Part shown: positions 18,750-27,848 of the stretch, one piece after another
Layout: every line of letters starts with the position of its first letter
Position numbering within the stretch: position 1 is the stretch's first letter
From: Trueperaceae bacterium
GTDB lineage: Bacteria > Deinococcota > Deinococci > Deinococcales > Trueperaceae
NCBI GenBank assembly: GCA_965214405.1
Contig: OZ243956.1
Span: 1,029,845-1,093,844 of the forward strand
Length of the DNA: 64,000 nucleotides
Direction: 5' to 3'
Notes under the pieces: model-generated
The model's database searches: none
What the model saw: the letters and a program-made list of their open reading frames with translations, nothing else
What the model was told of the DNA's origin: nothing
Translations under genes and position numbers: made by a program

Positions 18750-19610
18750 GTGGGCATGAACGCTTCTCTGCGCCGCTCTTCGGGTGCCAAGCGCGCGCTT
18801 GGCGCTTGGGATTCTCTCACGGGGCCGCTCTACTGGTTTTACGAACGCTCGCTCCTGCGCGCCGTCCACCAAGAAGGCACGCTGCCCAAACACATCGGCA
18901 TCATCATGGACGGCAACCGCCGCTTCGCGCGCACCGTCGGTCTGGACGTCAAAACGGGCCACAACTACGGCGCGGGCAAGGCGCGCGAGGTGCTCGACTG
19001 GTGTTTGGAACTGCGCATCAAACACGTGACCATCTGGGGCTTTTCCACCGATAACAAGGGCCGCAAGCCCGACGAGGTCGCGCACCTCCACACGCTGTTC
19101 GCGCAGCAGGCCAAGGATTTAATCTCCGACACGCGCCTCCACGAAAACAGGGTGCGCGTGCGCGTGATTGGCGACATCGACGACTTCCCCGACGATACCA
19201 AGGAGGCGCTGCGCGAGATGGAGCGCGCCACCGAAGATTACGGCGGGATGCACCTCAACGTCGCGCTCGGCTACGGCGGGCGCGAAGAAATCGTGGCGGC
19301 AGTGCGAAAGCTCTTGCGCGAAAAGTTGGGTGACGGCCTGAGCGACCTCAGTGACGAGACCGACCTCCACACGCTTTTGGAGCACGTCAACGCCGAAGAG
19401 ATAGGCCGCCACCTCTACACCGCCGGAGTACCCGACCCGGACTTTGTGATTCGCACCTCCGGCGAGGTGCGCTTGTCGGGCTTTTTGCTCTGGCAAACCG
19501 CCTACAGCGAATTCTACTTCTGCGACGCCTTTTGGCCGAGCTTTCGCAAGGTCGACTTTTTACGCGCCATCCGCGACTTTCAGGCTCGAGAACGCCGCTT
19601 CGGCCAGTAG
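18750..19610 (+). CDS. uppS: cis-prenyltransferase (undecaprenyl/isoprenyl diphosphate synthase family)
   Basis: HIGIIMDGNRRFAR ... IWGFSTDN ... RTSGEVRLSGFLLWQTAYSEFYFCDAFWPSF. ATG 18756 is an alternative start. Confidence 0.85.
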   Translation: MGMNASLRRSSGAKRALGAWDSLTGPLYWFYERSLLRAVHQEGTLPKHIGIIMDGNRRFARTVGLDVKTGHNYGAGKAREVLDWCLELRIKHVTIWGFSTDNKGRKPDEVAHLHTLFAQQAKDLISDTRLHENRVRVRVIGDIDDFPDDTKEALREMERATEDYGGMHLNVALGYGGREEIVAAVRKLLREKLGDGLSDLSDETDLHTLLEHVNAEEIGRHLYTAGVPDPDFVIRTSGEVRLSGFLLWQTAYSEFYFCDAFWPSFRKVDFLRAIRDFQARERRFGQ

Positions 19611-19685
19611 ACAGCGAGTAAGCAACACAAAATTTAGTGGGGTACACACCCGGTTCGGCTCGTTAAAGCTTGGTATAAGAGGTAC

Positions 19686-20738
19686 ATGGGTCCCTTTGTC
19701 GCTATCATCATGGCCGGGGGCAAGGGTCAACGCTTCTGGCCCTTGTCAACCGCCGACAAACCCAAGCAGTTTTTGGACCTGGAGCACACGGGCCGCACCC
19801 TGCTGCAAAGCACCTTTGACCGCGTCCTGCCCCTTGTAGAGGGCGAAGCGCACGTGTTCGTCGCCACCGCCGAACGCTACGCCGCTCTGGTTCGCTCGCA
19901 GCTCCCGACGCTCCCCGCCCACAACCTCATTATCGAGCCCGAGGGCCGCGACTCGGCCCCCGCCGTGGCGCTGGCGTCGCTTACCGTGGCGCGTCGCATC
20001 GCGGGAGCCACGCTGGGTTTTTTCTCCGCCGACCACCGCATCACAGGCGTGCCGACTTTTCACGCTCGAGTCCAGGGGGCCGCACAGTTAGCCGAGGAAA
20101 CGGGAGGACTCGTCGCGCTGGGCATTACCCCCACGCACCCCGCGACGGGTTACGGCTACATCCAAGCGGGTGAACGCGCGGGCGAGCACGGCTTTAGGGT
20201 GGCCCGTTTTGTGGAAAAGCCTAACCAGCGGCAGGCGCAGCGCCTCTTAAAGCTCGGCGGTCACTACTGGAACGCGGGCATTTTCGTGTGGACTACCGAG
20301 GCCATTCTGGATGAGTTCCGCCGCCACGCGCCGGGCATCGTCGAGCCGCTCGAGCGCGCGTTTGCAGAAGACCGAGTGAACGAAGTTTTCCCGACCTTAG
20401 AAAAAATCAGCATCGACTACGCGGTGATGGAGCGTACCGACAAGGCTTACGTGGTGCCCGGCGATTTCGATTGGGACGATATTGGCGATTGGGTCGCGCT
20501 CGAGCGCCTCCTAAACCGGAGCGAGGCCAACACCGTGGTCGGCAAGCACGTGGGGCTCGAGACCTCGGGCAACATCATCTACACTGAGAACCCCGAAGAC
20601 ACCATCGTCACGCTGGGCGTCGAAAATCTCGTCATCGTTAAGCGCGGGAACACCTTGCTGTTGGTGCGCAAGGACCGCGTGCAGGACATCAAAAAGCTCT
20701 TGGCGGACGAGCGGCTGGCGGAGTTGGTGGTGAAGTAG
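19686..20738 (+). CDS. mannose-1-phosphate guanylyltransferase-like sugar nucleotidyltransferase (no PMI domain)
   Basis: AIIMAGGKGQRFWPLSTADKPKQFL is a G-loop. 350 aa. YWNAGIFVW motif. Confidence 0.8.
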   Translation: MGPFVAIIMAGGKGQRFWPLSTADKPKQFLDLEHTGRTLLQSTFDRVLPLVEGEAHVFVATAERYAALVRSQLPTLPAHNLIIEPEGRDSAPAVALASLTVARRIAGATLGFFSADHRITGVPTFHARVQGAAQLAEETGGLVALGITPTHPATGYGYIQAGERAGEHGFRVARFVEKPNQRQAQRLLKLGGHYWNAGIFVWTTEAILDEFRRHAPGIVEPLERAFAEDRVNEVFPTLEKISIDYAVMERTDKAYVVPGDFDWDDIGDWVALERLLNRSEANTVVGKHVGLETSGNIIYTENPEDTIVTLGVENLVIVKRGNTLLLVRKDRVQDIKKLLADERLAELVVK

Positions 20739-20903
20739 CAGCGCGTAAGAGGTTTGGTCGGACGTTAACGCTTTGGCTTTTAACGCGTTGGCTAAATGGA
20801 TGGGGATGTCGTACTCAGCCTTTTCAGCCTCCGCTATGAGAAGAGGGAGCAAGTTGAGCGGTTTCATCCGTTGGCTCTTACAGACGCGCAGAGGTCTTGA
20901 CCT

Positions 20904-22883
20904 TTAGTTAAGGTTTCTCTTGAAAACTCCCCCGGTACGGAGCGCTCGCAGGTGCTCGAGCTTGCTGAGGTCGGCGAGGAGAGCCTGCCAGCTTTCGGCC
21001 ACCTCGAGGGGCGACAGGAGTCCTGAAGCGCCGAACACCTCCAGACAAACCGAGACAATCGCGGGGTCAAACTGGCTACCGCTGTTGCGGGCAATTTCTT
21101 GAAGCGTTTCCTCGACCGACCAGGCCGCTTTGTAGGGGCGCTCGTGGGTAAGCGCGTCCAGCACGTCGGCGACCGAGACGATGCGCGCCGCCTGCGGGAT
21201 ATCCTCCCCGGCGAGCTTGTTGGGGTAGCCGCGCCCGTCCCACCTCTCGTGGTGGGCCGCGGTGACCTTTTCCGCCAAGTGCAAGAGGGGCGAGTGACCG
21301 TCCGCTAAGATGCGCGCGCCGATAGCGGGGTGCGTCCGCATGATCCCAAACTCCTCATCGGTCAGCTTGCCGGGCTTGAGCAAAATCGTGTCCGAGACGC
21401 CTATCTTGCCTACGTCATGTAGGCGCGCGGCGGTGTAGAGGAGCTGAACATCTTTGAGCGGCCAGCCGAGCACATAAGCGATGAGGGCCGCTGTTCTGCC
21501 GACCCTGCGGGTATGAACGCCCGTGTCGTCGTCGCGGTATTCCGCGGCCACGGCGAGCCGGGTGACGATCTCAATCTGGGCCTCTTCTAGGTCGGCGGTG
21601 CGCTCTTGCACCAGGCGCTCCGCCTCTTCAAACGCGCGCTTGCTCACTTCCGACCTGAGGCGGTACTCTTCCGCCTCATACCTTATCTTCTCTAGGTCAA
21701 ACTTGAGCGTCAGGCGGCGCGTTTTCTCCTCGTTCTCTTCGCTAAATATCCGCTCCTTGAGGTCGTGAAAGGCCTCTAAGTGGTAGACCGCTTTTTCAAA
21801 AGCGCCTTGCGCTTTGTAGGCGCTCGCCAAGAGTTTATGCGCTTCATAAAGCGCGCGGGGCCGCTCCGTCTGCTCGGCGATGAGGAGCGCTGCAAGCGCG
21901 CGCGCGGTGGCCTCGCCAAAGGACCGCGTGGCGAGCTCGTCTTTGGCGAGGTTGAGTAGCGCGCTGAGCAAACTGGCTTTGTCATCAATGGCTGTGGCTA
22001 GGTCAACAGCCTGCTGATGTGCAGTTTTGGCTCTGGCAAATAGAGCTTTACGGTAGTAGACGTTACCCAAGCCCTCTACAGCGTTGAGCTGGAAAACAGC
22101 GAGACCATTATCTACACTGAGAGCACGACCAGTTTCAAAGGAAGCTTCCGCAGCCTCGAGTTTCCCCATCTCCAAATAAACTTCGGCTAAATTGATGCGA
22201 GAAACAATTTCTATCACGTGGTCATTCAGATGAGCCGCGATATCCAGGGCTTCCTCATAAAAAGTTTTTGCGCGCTCAAATTTACCCAGTGCAGCGTAGG
22301 TGAGGCCCAAATCCTGTAAATTGATAGCGGCGCTACGCGAACCTGGGTCGCACTCTTTAAGCAGGTCATAAGCCTTGCGCAACGAAACCAAGGCATCTTG
22401 ATACTCCGAGAGGTCACGGTAGATGCTTCCGGCATTAGTAAGCACGTTCGCCCACATCTTCTTCTGCCCAAGGCGCTCAAATAGGACACCCGCTTGCTCC
22501 AAAAACTTCAGGGCCGAGGGCGCGTCACCTTGAAGCGCAAATACGCTTGCTAACTGGTTTAGCGCGTTTGCTTCGGGTTCAGGTAGATCGTGAAGCCGCG
22601 CGCAACCCAGCGCCTCCTCAAAGGCGGCCTTGGCCTCTTCGAACGAGCCCCGCTCCCGCAGGAGCTTACCCAGGAGCAGCGCGGCCTCCGCTTTTTGCGG
22701 CGGTGTTGCACAGGTATCCGGCTCCGCAGGAGGTCGCGTGAGCAGGGCGTAGGCGTCGTCAAACTGGCCGAGCGCGAAAGCTTGTTGCGCTTCCTCGAGT
22801 TGGGGAGCGCCGATAGACTCGAGCACGGCCTGTGGTGCCTCTTTGGGGTGACCCCCGGTCTGTTTTTGCGTTGCTTCTTTCAT
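20904..22883 (-). CDS. TPR-repeat protein with C-terminal HD-GYP domain (predicted c-di-GMP phosphodiesterase)
   Basis: About 400 N-terminal residues of TPR-like repeats, followed by HTRRVG...AARLHDVGKIGVSD...LTDEEFGIMRTHPAIGARIL...HHERWDGRGYP. Confidence 0.85.
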   Translation of the reverse strand: MKEATQKQTGGHPKEAPQAVLESIGAPQLEEAQQAFALGQFDDAYALLTRPPAEPDTCATPPQKAEAALLLGKLLRERGSFEEAKAAFEEALGCARLHDLPEPEANALNQLASVFALQGDAPSALKFLEQAGVLFERLGQKKMWANVLTNAGSIYRDLSEYQDALVSLRKAYDLLKECDPGSRSAAINLQDLGLTYAALGKFERAKTFYEEALDIAAHLNDHVIEIVSRINLAEVYLEMGKLEAAEASFETGRALSVDNGLAVFQLNAVEGLGNVYYRKALFARAKTAHQQAVDLATAIDDKASLLSALLNLAKDELATRSFGEATARALAALLIAEQTERPRALYEAHKLLASAYKAQGAFEKAVYHLEAFHDLKERIFSEENEEKTRRLTLKFDLEKIRYEAEEYRLRSEVSKRAFEEAERLVQERTADLEEAQIEIVTRLAVAAEYRDDDTGVHTRRVGRTAALIAYVLGWPLKDVQLLYTAARLHDVGKIGVSDTILLKPGKLTDEEFGIMRTHPAIGARILADGHSPLLHLAEKVTAAHHERWDGRGYPNKLAGEDIPQAARIVSVADVLDALTHERPYKAAWSVEETLQEIARNSGSQFDPAIVSVCLEVFGASGLLSPLEVAESWQALLADLSKLEHLRALRTGGVFKRNLN

Positions 22884-22990
22884 ACGGTTGCCCCCTTTGT
22901 AAAAGAGCGTTTTGGGCGTGACGACACATCTACTGCTCTATAACCTAGTGAGAGGGTAGCGGAAAGGCTGTCACACAAAACTTACAAAGT

Positions 22991-23030
22991 AGGCCCAGGG
23001 GGCGGTAGCAAGCTACCGCCCCCTGGGCCT
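22991..23030 (-). terminator. 19-bp perfect hairpin downstream of the S8 protease gene
   Basis: AGGCCCAGGGGGCGGTAGC / GCTACCGCCCCCTGGGCCT palindrome. On the minus strand it is followed by ACTTTGTAAGTTTTG, a weak U-tract. Confidence 0.5.
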
Positions 23031-23050
23031 ACGGTCTTAAAACCACCGTT

Positions 23051-24379
23051 TTACTTTAAGACGTCGTTCAAGAACACGACCAGGTCAAGGCGGCCTTTAC
23101 CCAGACCGTCTTTGTAGTTGTGGTTCGCTCCCACGTCGTAAAGTTTGTCCATCACCTTTTCCGTCACGAGCTTGGGCAGTTCTTCAACCTTTTTGTCCAG
23201 ACTGGGTTCGCCCAGCGCGAGGGCCAGCGCGCCCGAGACCATCGGCGCGGCGAACGAGGTGCCGCTCGAGTAGGTGACCCGCGCGTCAGGATAGGCGGTA
23301 AAGATGGACTCTCCGGGCGCGGCCATTTCCACCTTTTCCTTTTGATAGGTGGAGAAGGAAGATTTTTCATCCTTGGCGTTGACGCTGCCGACGCTGATCA
23401 GGGTGTCCGAGAAACTGCTGCCTGTGACCGCGCTGTTGGCCGGGAAGGTGACGTTTCTGTCACCGGAGTTGCCCGCGGAGGTGACCACGGCCACCCTGTT
23501 GTTTTTGGCCTTTTCCAGAACCCGCTCGACAGACCTTGAACCTTGGCTCGAGCCCAAAGACACGTTGATAACGTCGGCCCCATGTCTGATGGCCCAGTCT
23601 ATGGCTAATACCAGGTCGTCCGTGTCACCAGAACCGTCCGAATTCAGGATGCGCAGCGGCATGATTTTGGCTAAGGGAGCCACTTGCAAAACAACCCCGG
23701 CGACCGCGGTGCCGTGACCGTAACTTATCCCCACGCCTTCTTCTTGAGGCAGGGCGTCGTTGCCTATAAAGTCCCAGCCGTTAACCAGGCGGCCCGCGAA
23801 AACGGGGTGCTTGAGGTCTACGCCTGTGTCGATAACCGCGACGACGACGCCTTCACCTAAGCGGGGAGCGAGTTCAGTATGAGCTTTGTAGAGGCCAATC
23901 TTTTCCCAGAACGGATAGTTGTCAAGCGGCGTGTAAGTTGGCGCACCCCCAGCCCAAGCTCTCACGCCTCCGGCCCAAGCTCTTACGCCTCCGGCCCAGG
24001 TTCTCACGCCTCCGGCCCAAGCTCTTACACCTCCGGCCCAAGCTCTTACACCCTGCGCACCCAGTTCAGGCGAGGAAAAGGTGTCCTGGTTTTGGTCGGT
24101 CGAGAGGGTGGTTAACATGCCTTCTTTTTCGGTAAAGCCCAGAACCGCAAAGCCTTCTTCGGCGTCCATGAGGATGACCTCGCCGCCGTAGAGCGCCTCG
24201 AGTTCAGCCTCGGTCATGCCCGGCGCTACATCAAGAGAGGTGATGCGGGAAAAATCGCTCGAGGGTTGACTGTCTACTTGGGGAACCCCGGTCGTGCTGC
24301 AAGCGGCCAGAAACAGCGCGGTCAGGCCCACAGAAAAGTAGCGAGCGAGGTGTTGCGGTTTATGCAGAATGTGATGCAA
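23051..24379 (-). CDS. secreted lipoprotein subtilisin-like serine protease (peptidase S8)
   Basis: Lipobox LFLAAC at the N-terminus. Catalytic blocks VAVIDTGVD, HGTAVAGVV and GTSFAAPMVSGA. TTG start 5 nt after GGAGGA. Confidence 0.9.
   Translation of the reverse strand: MHHILHKPQHLARYFSVGLTALFLAACSTTGVPQVDSQPSSDFSRITSLDVAPGMTEAELEALYGGEVILMDAEEGFAVLGFTEKEGMLTTLSTDQNQDTFSSPELGAQGVRAWAGGVRAWAGGVRTWAGGVRAWAGGVRAWAGGAPTYTPLDNYPFWEKIGLYKAHTELAPRLGEGVVVAVIDTGVDLKHPVFAGRLVNGWDFIGNDALPQEEGVGISYGHGTAVAGVVLQVAPLAKIMPLRILNSDGSGDTDDLVLAIDWAIRHGADVINVSLGSSQGSRSVERVLEKAKNNRVAVVTSAGNSGDRNVTFPANSAVTGSSFSDTLISVGSVNAKDEKSSFSTYQKEKVEMAAPGESIFTAYPDARVTYSSGTSFAAPMVSGALALALGEPSLDKKVEELPKLVTEKVMDKLYDVGANHNYKDGLGKGRLDLVVFLNDVLK
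23948..24052 (-). repeat. in-frame 21-bp tandem repeat x5 encoding GVRAWAG heptapeptides inside the S8 protease gene
   Basis: Protein residues 110-144 read GVRAWAG GVRAWAG GVRTWAG GVRAWAG GVRAWAG. The DNA units are nearly identical (ccggcccaagctcttacgcct-type on the plus strand). Confidence 0.9.
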
Positions 24380-24590
24380 GATGATCCTCCAAGGATTTGG
24401 CGAGAGGTGACGCGTTACAGCGTGCTGTTACGCTTTTTGCGGCGGACGGCGGCGCTTTACCCCCCTTCGGGGAGGGTGGCGTTTTTGCGAACGCAACCTT
24501 GAAGAGAAGCGTAAAGTATGTGTTCTCACGAAATCCTTACAATCAGGAGGATGCGAAACTGCGGGCACCGCCAAAAAATGACAAATGAGC

Positions 24591-24629
24591 AAAAAAGGAG
24601 CGTGCGCGGCGAGCTTTCTGCCGCGCACG
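24591..24629 (-). terminator. rho-independent terminator candidate after the aldehyde dehydrogenase gene
   Basis: 10-bp stem CGTGCGCGGC / GCCGCGCACG (24601-24610 / 24620-24629). On the minus strand it is followed by CTCCTTTTTT. Confidence 0.6.
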
Positions 24630-24678
24630 CTCGAGGTCTTCTTAGAAAACCCCGCTCTAACTCCCATTCAGCTCATCT

Positions 24679-26283
24679 TCAGCGCAATAAGTCCTCGATA
24701 TTGACCTTTTCGCCCGCTTCGATGTAGCCCGTATCCATCTGCGCGAGCTGCAAGCGGCCCGACACGTCGTCGTTGACGCCGTGCCAGTAGGTGTAGGCGT
24801 CGATCACCCAGACGCCCGACTCGCGCGTGCCGTTGCCCGAGCCCTTCACGCCGCCGAAGGGCATGTGCGCCTCCGCCCCGGTGGTCGAGTTGTTGATGGA
24901 GGTCATTCCCGCCTCGATGCGGTCCTTGAACGCGTAAGCCCACTCGCGGTTGTTGGTGTAGATGGCCGACGAAAGGCCGTAGTCCACCGCGTTGGCTGCC
25001 TCTATAGCCTCGTCAATCCCGTCCACCCTGACCAGGTTGATAGTCGGGCCGAACACTTCCGTCTGAAAAAGCTTCGTGCCGGGCTTGATATTCTCCCAGA
25101 CCGTCGGCCAGCCGTAGAAGCCCGCGTCGGGGTCGTCTACAAAACCCTCCGGCTTATTTTCTTGGGTGATGCGCCCCTCCCCGTAAAGCAGCGTCGCGCC
25201 GTCTTCGGCCCAGTCGTAGTGGCTCAGCCAGGTTTCAAAAAACCGTTGGTTGATAAAGGGGCCGTAGAGCACGTCGTCATGTGCGTTGGGGTCGCCAATT
25301 TTGACTCTTTTTGTCTCATCCAAGAACTTGGCTTTAAACGCGTCGTAGATGGGCGCGTCCAGGATGATGTTACCCGCGCTCGTGCAGCGCTGCCCGCCCG
25401 TGCCGAACGAGGCCCAGAGAGCGCCCGCGACGGCGTTGTCTAGGTCGGCGTCACGCATGACGACGAGCGGGTTTTTGCCGCCGAGTTCCAAGGTCGGGTG
25501 CAAGAGGTTCCGCCCCGCCACCTCGCCGATGTGGCGGCCTACCCCCGTCGAGCCCGTAAAGGCGAACTTGGCGAGCAGCCCCTCGTCCATCATCTCAACT
25601 AAATACTCACCCGCCGCGCCCTTCCCGCCGCCGAAGACCACGTTCATCACGCCCTTGGGCAGCCCGGCCTCCTCCATGAGTTTGACCAAGGCGTAGGCGC
25701 AGGCGGGCGCGTCTTCCGAGGGCTTCCAGACAATCGTATTGCCTGTCAGAAGCGCGGGGATGATTTTCCAGGCGGGCACCGCCACGGGAAAGTTCCCGGC
25801 GGTCACCATGCCGACCACGCCTAAGGGGCGGCGGTAGGTGCTGAGTTCTTTGTTGGGCATTTCCGAAGGGACCGTCTGACCGTAAAGTCTGCGCCCCTCC
25901 GACTGGAAAAAGTGGCAGGTGTCAATCGCTTCTTGCACGTCGCCCCGCGCCTCTTTGAGCGTCTTGCCCATCTCTCGAGTGACGAGGCGGGAGAGCGCTT
26001 CCTTTTCGCGCGTGATGGCCCGCCCAATCGCGCCGATGACCTCGCCGCGGACCGGGGCGGGGGTCTTGGACCAGCTCTTAAAGGCTTCCTTGGCGGTCTC
26101 GCAGGCTTCACGCACCTGCGCCTTGGTCGCCTCGGGAAAGGTGCCGATAACGTCGGAGAGGCGGCTCGAGTTCCGCGACTCAAACGTTTTTTCGCTCTCT
26201 ACTTCCTGACCGCCGATAAGGTTATGAAAAGCTCTAGGCGTTTTTGTTTCTTGCTTGGTCTTTTGTGTGATGGTGTCTGTCAT
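24679..26283 (-). CDS. NAD(P)-dependent aldehyde dehydrogenase family protein
   Basis: 534 aa. FTGSTGVGRHIG, ELGGKNP, GQRCTSAG (catalytic Cys) and EVFGP motifs. GGAGG upstream of the ATG. Confidence 0.9.
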   Translation of the reverse strand: MTDTITQKTKQETKTPRAFHNLIGGQEVESEKTFESRNSSRLSDVIGTFPEATKAQVREACETAKEAFKSWSKTPAPVRGEVIGAIGRAITREKEALSRLVTREMGKTLKEARGDVQEAIDTCHFFQSEGRRLYGQTVPSEMPNKELSTYRRPLGVVGMVTAGNFPVAVPAWKIIPALLTGNTIVWKPSEDAPACAYALVKLMEEAGLPKGVMNVVFGGGKGAAGEYLVEMMDEGLLAKFAFTGSTGVGRHIGEVAGRNLLHPTLELGGKNPLVVMRDADLDNAVAGALWASFGTGGQRCTSAGNIILDAPIYDAFKAKFLDETKRVKIGDPNAHDDVLYGPFINQRFFETWLSHYDWAEDGATLLYGEGRITQENKPEGFVDDPDAGFYGWPTVWENIKPGTKLFQTEVFGPTINLVRVDGIDEAIEAANAVDYGLSSAIYTNNREWAYAFKDRIEAGMTSINNSTTGAEAHMPFGGVKGSGNGTRESGVWVIDAYTYWHGVNDDVSGRLQLAQMDTGYIEAGEKVNIEDLLR

Positions 26284-26405
26284 GGGTCCTCCAAACCGCT
26301 AGTTGCATATATCCGTGTATATAACGTTTAATGCTACCACAGCGCCCCCAAGCCGTCATGAATCCGCGTCGGCATTCAAGATTCGGGCGCGCCAGATTTA
26401 GGAGC

Positions 26406-27822
26406 GCAGCAGTTCCAAATTTAATCGTTCAAGTAGAATCAAGCTCTAAGACCTCATTAAGTTCAAGCCCTTGGGCCCTAAAGAGTAAGAGCTGAGCCCA
26501 GGAGTCAAAGAGGTGAAAACGCGTCAGGGTGCGCAAGTCGCCAAAGAAGGTGGAACGGGGCCCTAAGCGGGCGCGAATGGCCTGGTAACGCGCGTCAAGC
26601 AGGTCAAAGAGCGAGTGAAGCAGAAAAGCGAGCAGCATGAGCGACAACAGCATGGTCGAGAGATGCTGCTTGCCATGCCCAAAGTTGTGCTCAAAGTTGT
26701 AGCCTTTGGTTTTCAGGACGTTGTTGCCCTCGTTCTCGACTTTCCACCTCGCCCGGCCCCAGGTAACGACGCGGACAATGGTTCGTAGGCTCAAGGAGAG
26801 GTTAGTCGCAAAGGTGTTGTGGTAGAGCGTCTTGCCGTTAGCATCTCGCTCAGTGACTTCGCACCAGTTCACAGTAAGAGCGTCCCTGCCGTCGCGTAGC
26901 GGTAGGTCGTTAGCAAAGCGGTAGCAAAGGCTGCGCTGTTTCTTACCCTGACCCTGTAGAAGCGTCACTTCTTGGACGGGGCTGAGCGAGAGGTAGTCGT
27001 AGAGCGTCTTGTGCGAGCTCGGCTTGCACACGAAGATGAAGTCACAGCCTTGTTCGAGCACGCGCTCACAGGTGGGCTGATGGCAGTAGAGGTCGTCACC
27101 CAAAATGACCACCCGCCCCAGTCCGTACTCGGACAGTTTGTACGAGAGCCAACGCTTAGCCGCCGCGCTCTCACAATCTTGTTTGTCGCTACCGTCTTCG
27201 CATAGAACGAACTCAGGCTCTAAACAGAGCACCTCGTGAGCCCCTGCACTAAGCATGACCGGCAATACGACGCTGTGGGTACAGCGTGTTTTGCCACCCT
27301 TGTCTATCTTGTTGCAGCGTTCGCAACTCACCCGCTCCGAGCTATGGTACTGCGTGCCGTCAAGTGCTACCAGTACCCGACCCGCGTGCTCGAAGTGCTG
27401 CCTAAGAAGACCTGCCGCAGCAAGTTCGCGCACCACGTAGCGGTAAGCCACAGCCAGCGCGTCGGGCGAGTGCTCGTCGAGCACGTTCTTGATCTGTTCG
27501 TCACTCGCTATGCGCTCCAAGCTAAACAAGCTCTGCACGTTGCTCCGGCCTTTGCGCGCGCTCACCTCGCGTTGCCATTCCAGAAACGAGGCGTTTTGCA
27601 TGAAGAACACTGAGAACGCAACGGCAGGGCGGCCTGCCCGTAACGCCGCCAGCCCTATCTCGCTCAAGCTGTACTGTTTGTTCTTCCCCCTGCTGTCTTG
27701 CATCCCCTCAAAGATGCTCCCCAATACATCAACGAGTTGGTTAAAGCGCAACCCCTTTTCCATACCTCCAGGCTACCGCTTCTGCTAAGCAAGGGGAGAA
27801 TTATTAAATTTGGAATTGCTGC
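26406..27822 (-). mobile_element. insertion sequence, about 1.42 kb (IS4/ISNCY-like; family uncertain)
   Basis: 20-bp terminal inverted repeats GCAGCAGTTCCAAATTTAAT (26406-26425) and ATTAAATTTGGAATTGCTGC (27803-27822), with one mismatch. They enclose a single 444-aa DDE-type transposase ORF. Confidence 0.8.
26429..27763 (-). CDS. DDE transposase (IS4/ISNCY-like)
   Basis: ALDGTQYH ..., VILGDDLYCHQP ..., WKVENEGNNVLKTKGYNFEHNFGHGKQHLS. The last block is one I associate with IS4-superfamily/ISNCY-annotated transposases. The family call is from memory only. Confidence 0.75.
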   Translation of the reverse strand: MEKGLRFNQLVDVLGSIFEGMQDSRGKNKQYSLSEIGLAALRAGRPAVAFSVFFMQNASFLEWQREVSARKGRSNVQSLFSLERIASDEQIKNVLDEHSPDALAVAYRYVVRELAAAGLLRQHFEHAGRVLVALDGTQYHSSERVSCERCNKIDKGGKTRCTHSVVLPVMLSAGAHEVLCLEPEFVLCEDGSDKQDCESAAAKRWLSYKLSEYGLGRVVILGDDLYCHQPTCERVLEQGCDFIFVCKPSSHKTLYDYLSLSPVQEVTLLQGQGKKQRSLCYRFANDLPLRDGRDALTVNWCEVTERDANGKTLYHNTFATNLSLSLRTIVRVVTWGRARWKVENEGNNVLKTKGYNFEHNFGHGKQHLSTMLLSLMLLAFLLHSLFDLLDARYQAIRARLGPRSTFFGDLRTLTRFHLFDSWAQLLLFRAQGLELNEVLELDST

Positions 27823-27848
27823 CTTGGCTCACTGGCTCACTTGGCTCA

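Noticed and set aside
18090-19091. 333-aa minus-strand ORF across rmlB and uppS. Similar shadow ORFs lie at 14636-15187, 24781-25443, 31821-32402, 33008-33748, 35361-35966, 39892-40539, 41886-42623, 43401-43901, 44663-45265, 48387-48977, 53548-54021, 55384-56004 and 57802-58299.
   Set aside because: Each is antisense to, or out of frame with, a gene that has strong motif support. Their compositions are low-complexity and Arg-rich. I treat them as non-coding.
23948-24052. Possibility that the 21-bp tandem arrays (here and at 34472-34618) are CRISPR-like or non-coding satellites
   Set aside because: The units are contiguous with no spacers. They are exact multiples of 3 and lie in frame inside ORFs with a signal peptide and catalytic motifs. 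They are coding tandem repeats. No CRISPR array was seen anywhere in the window.
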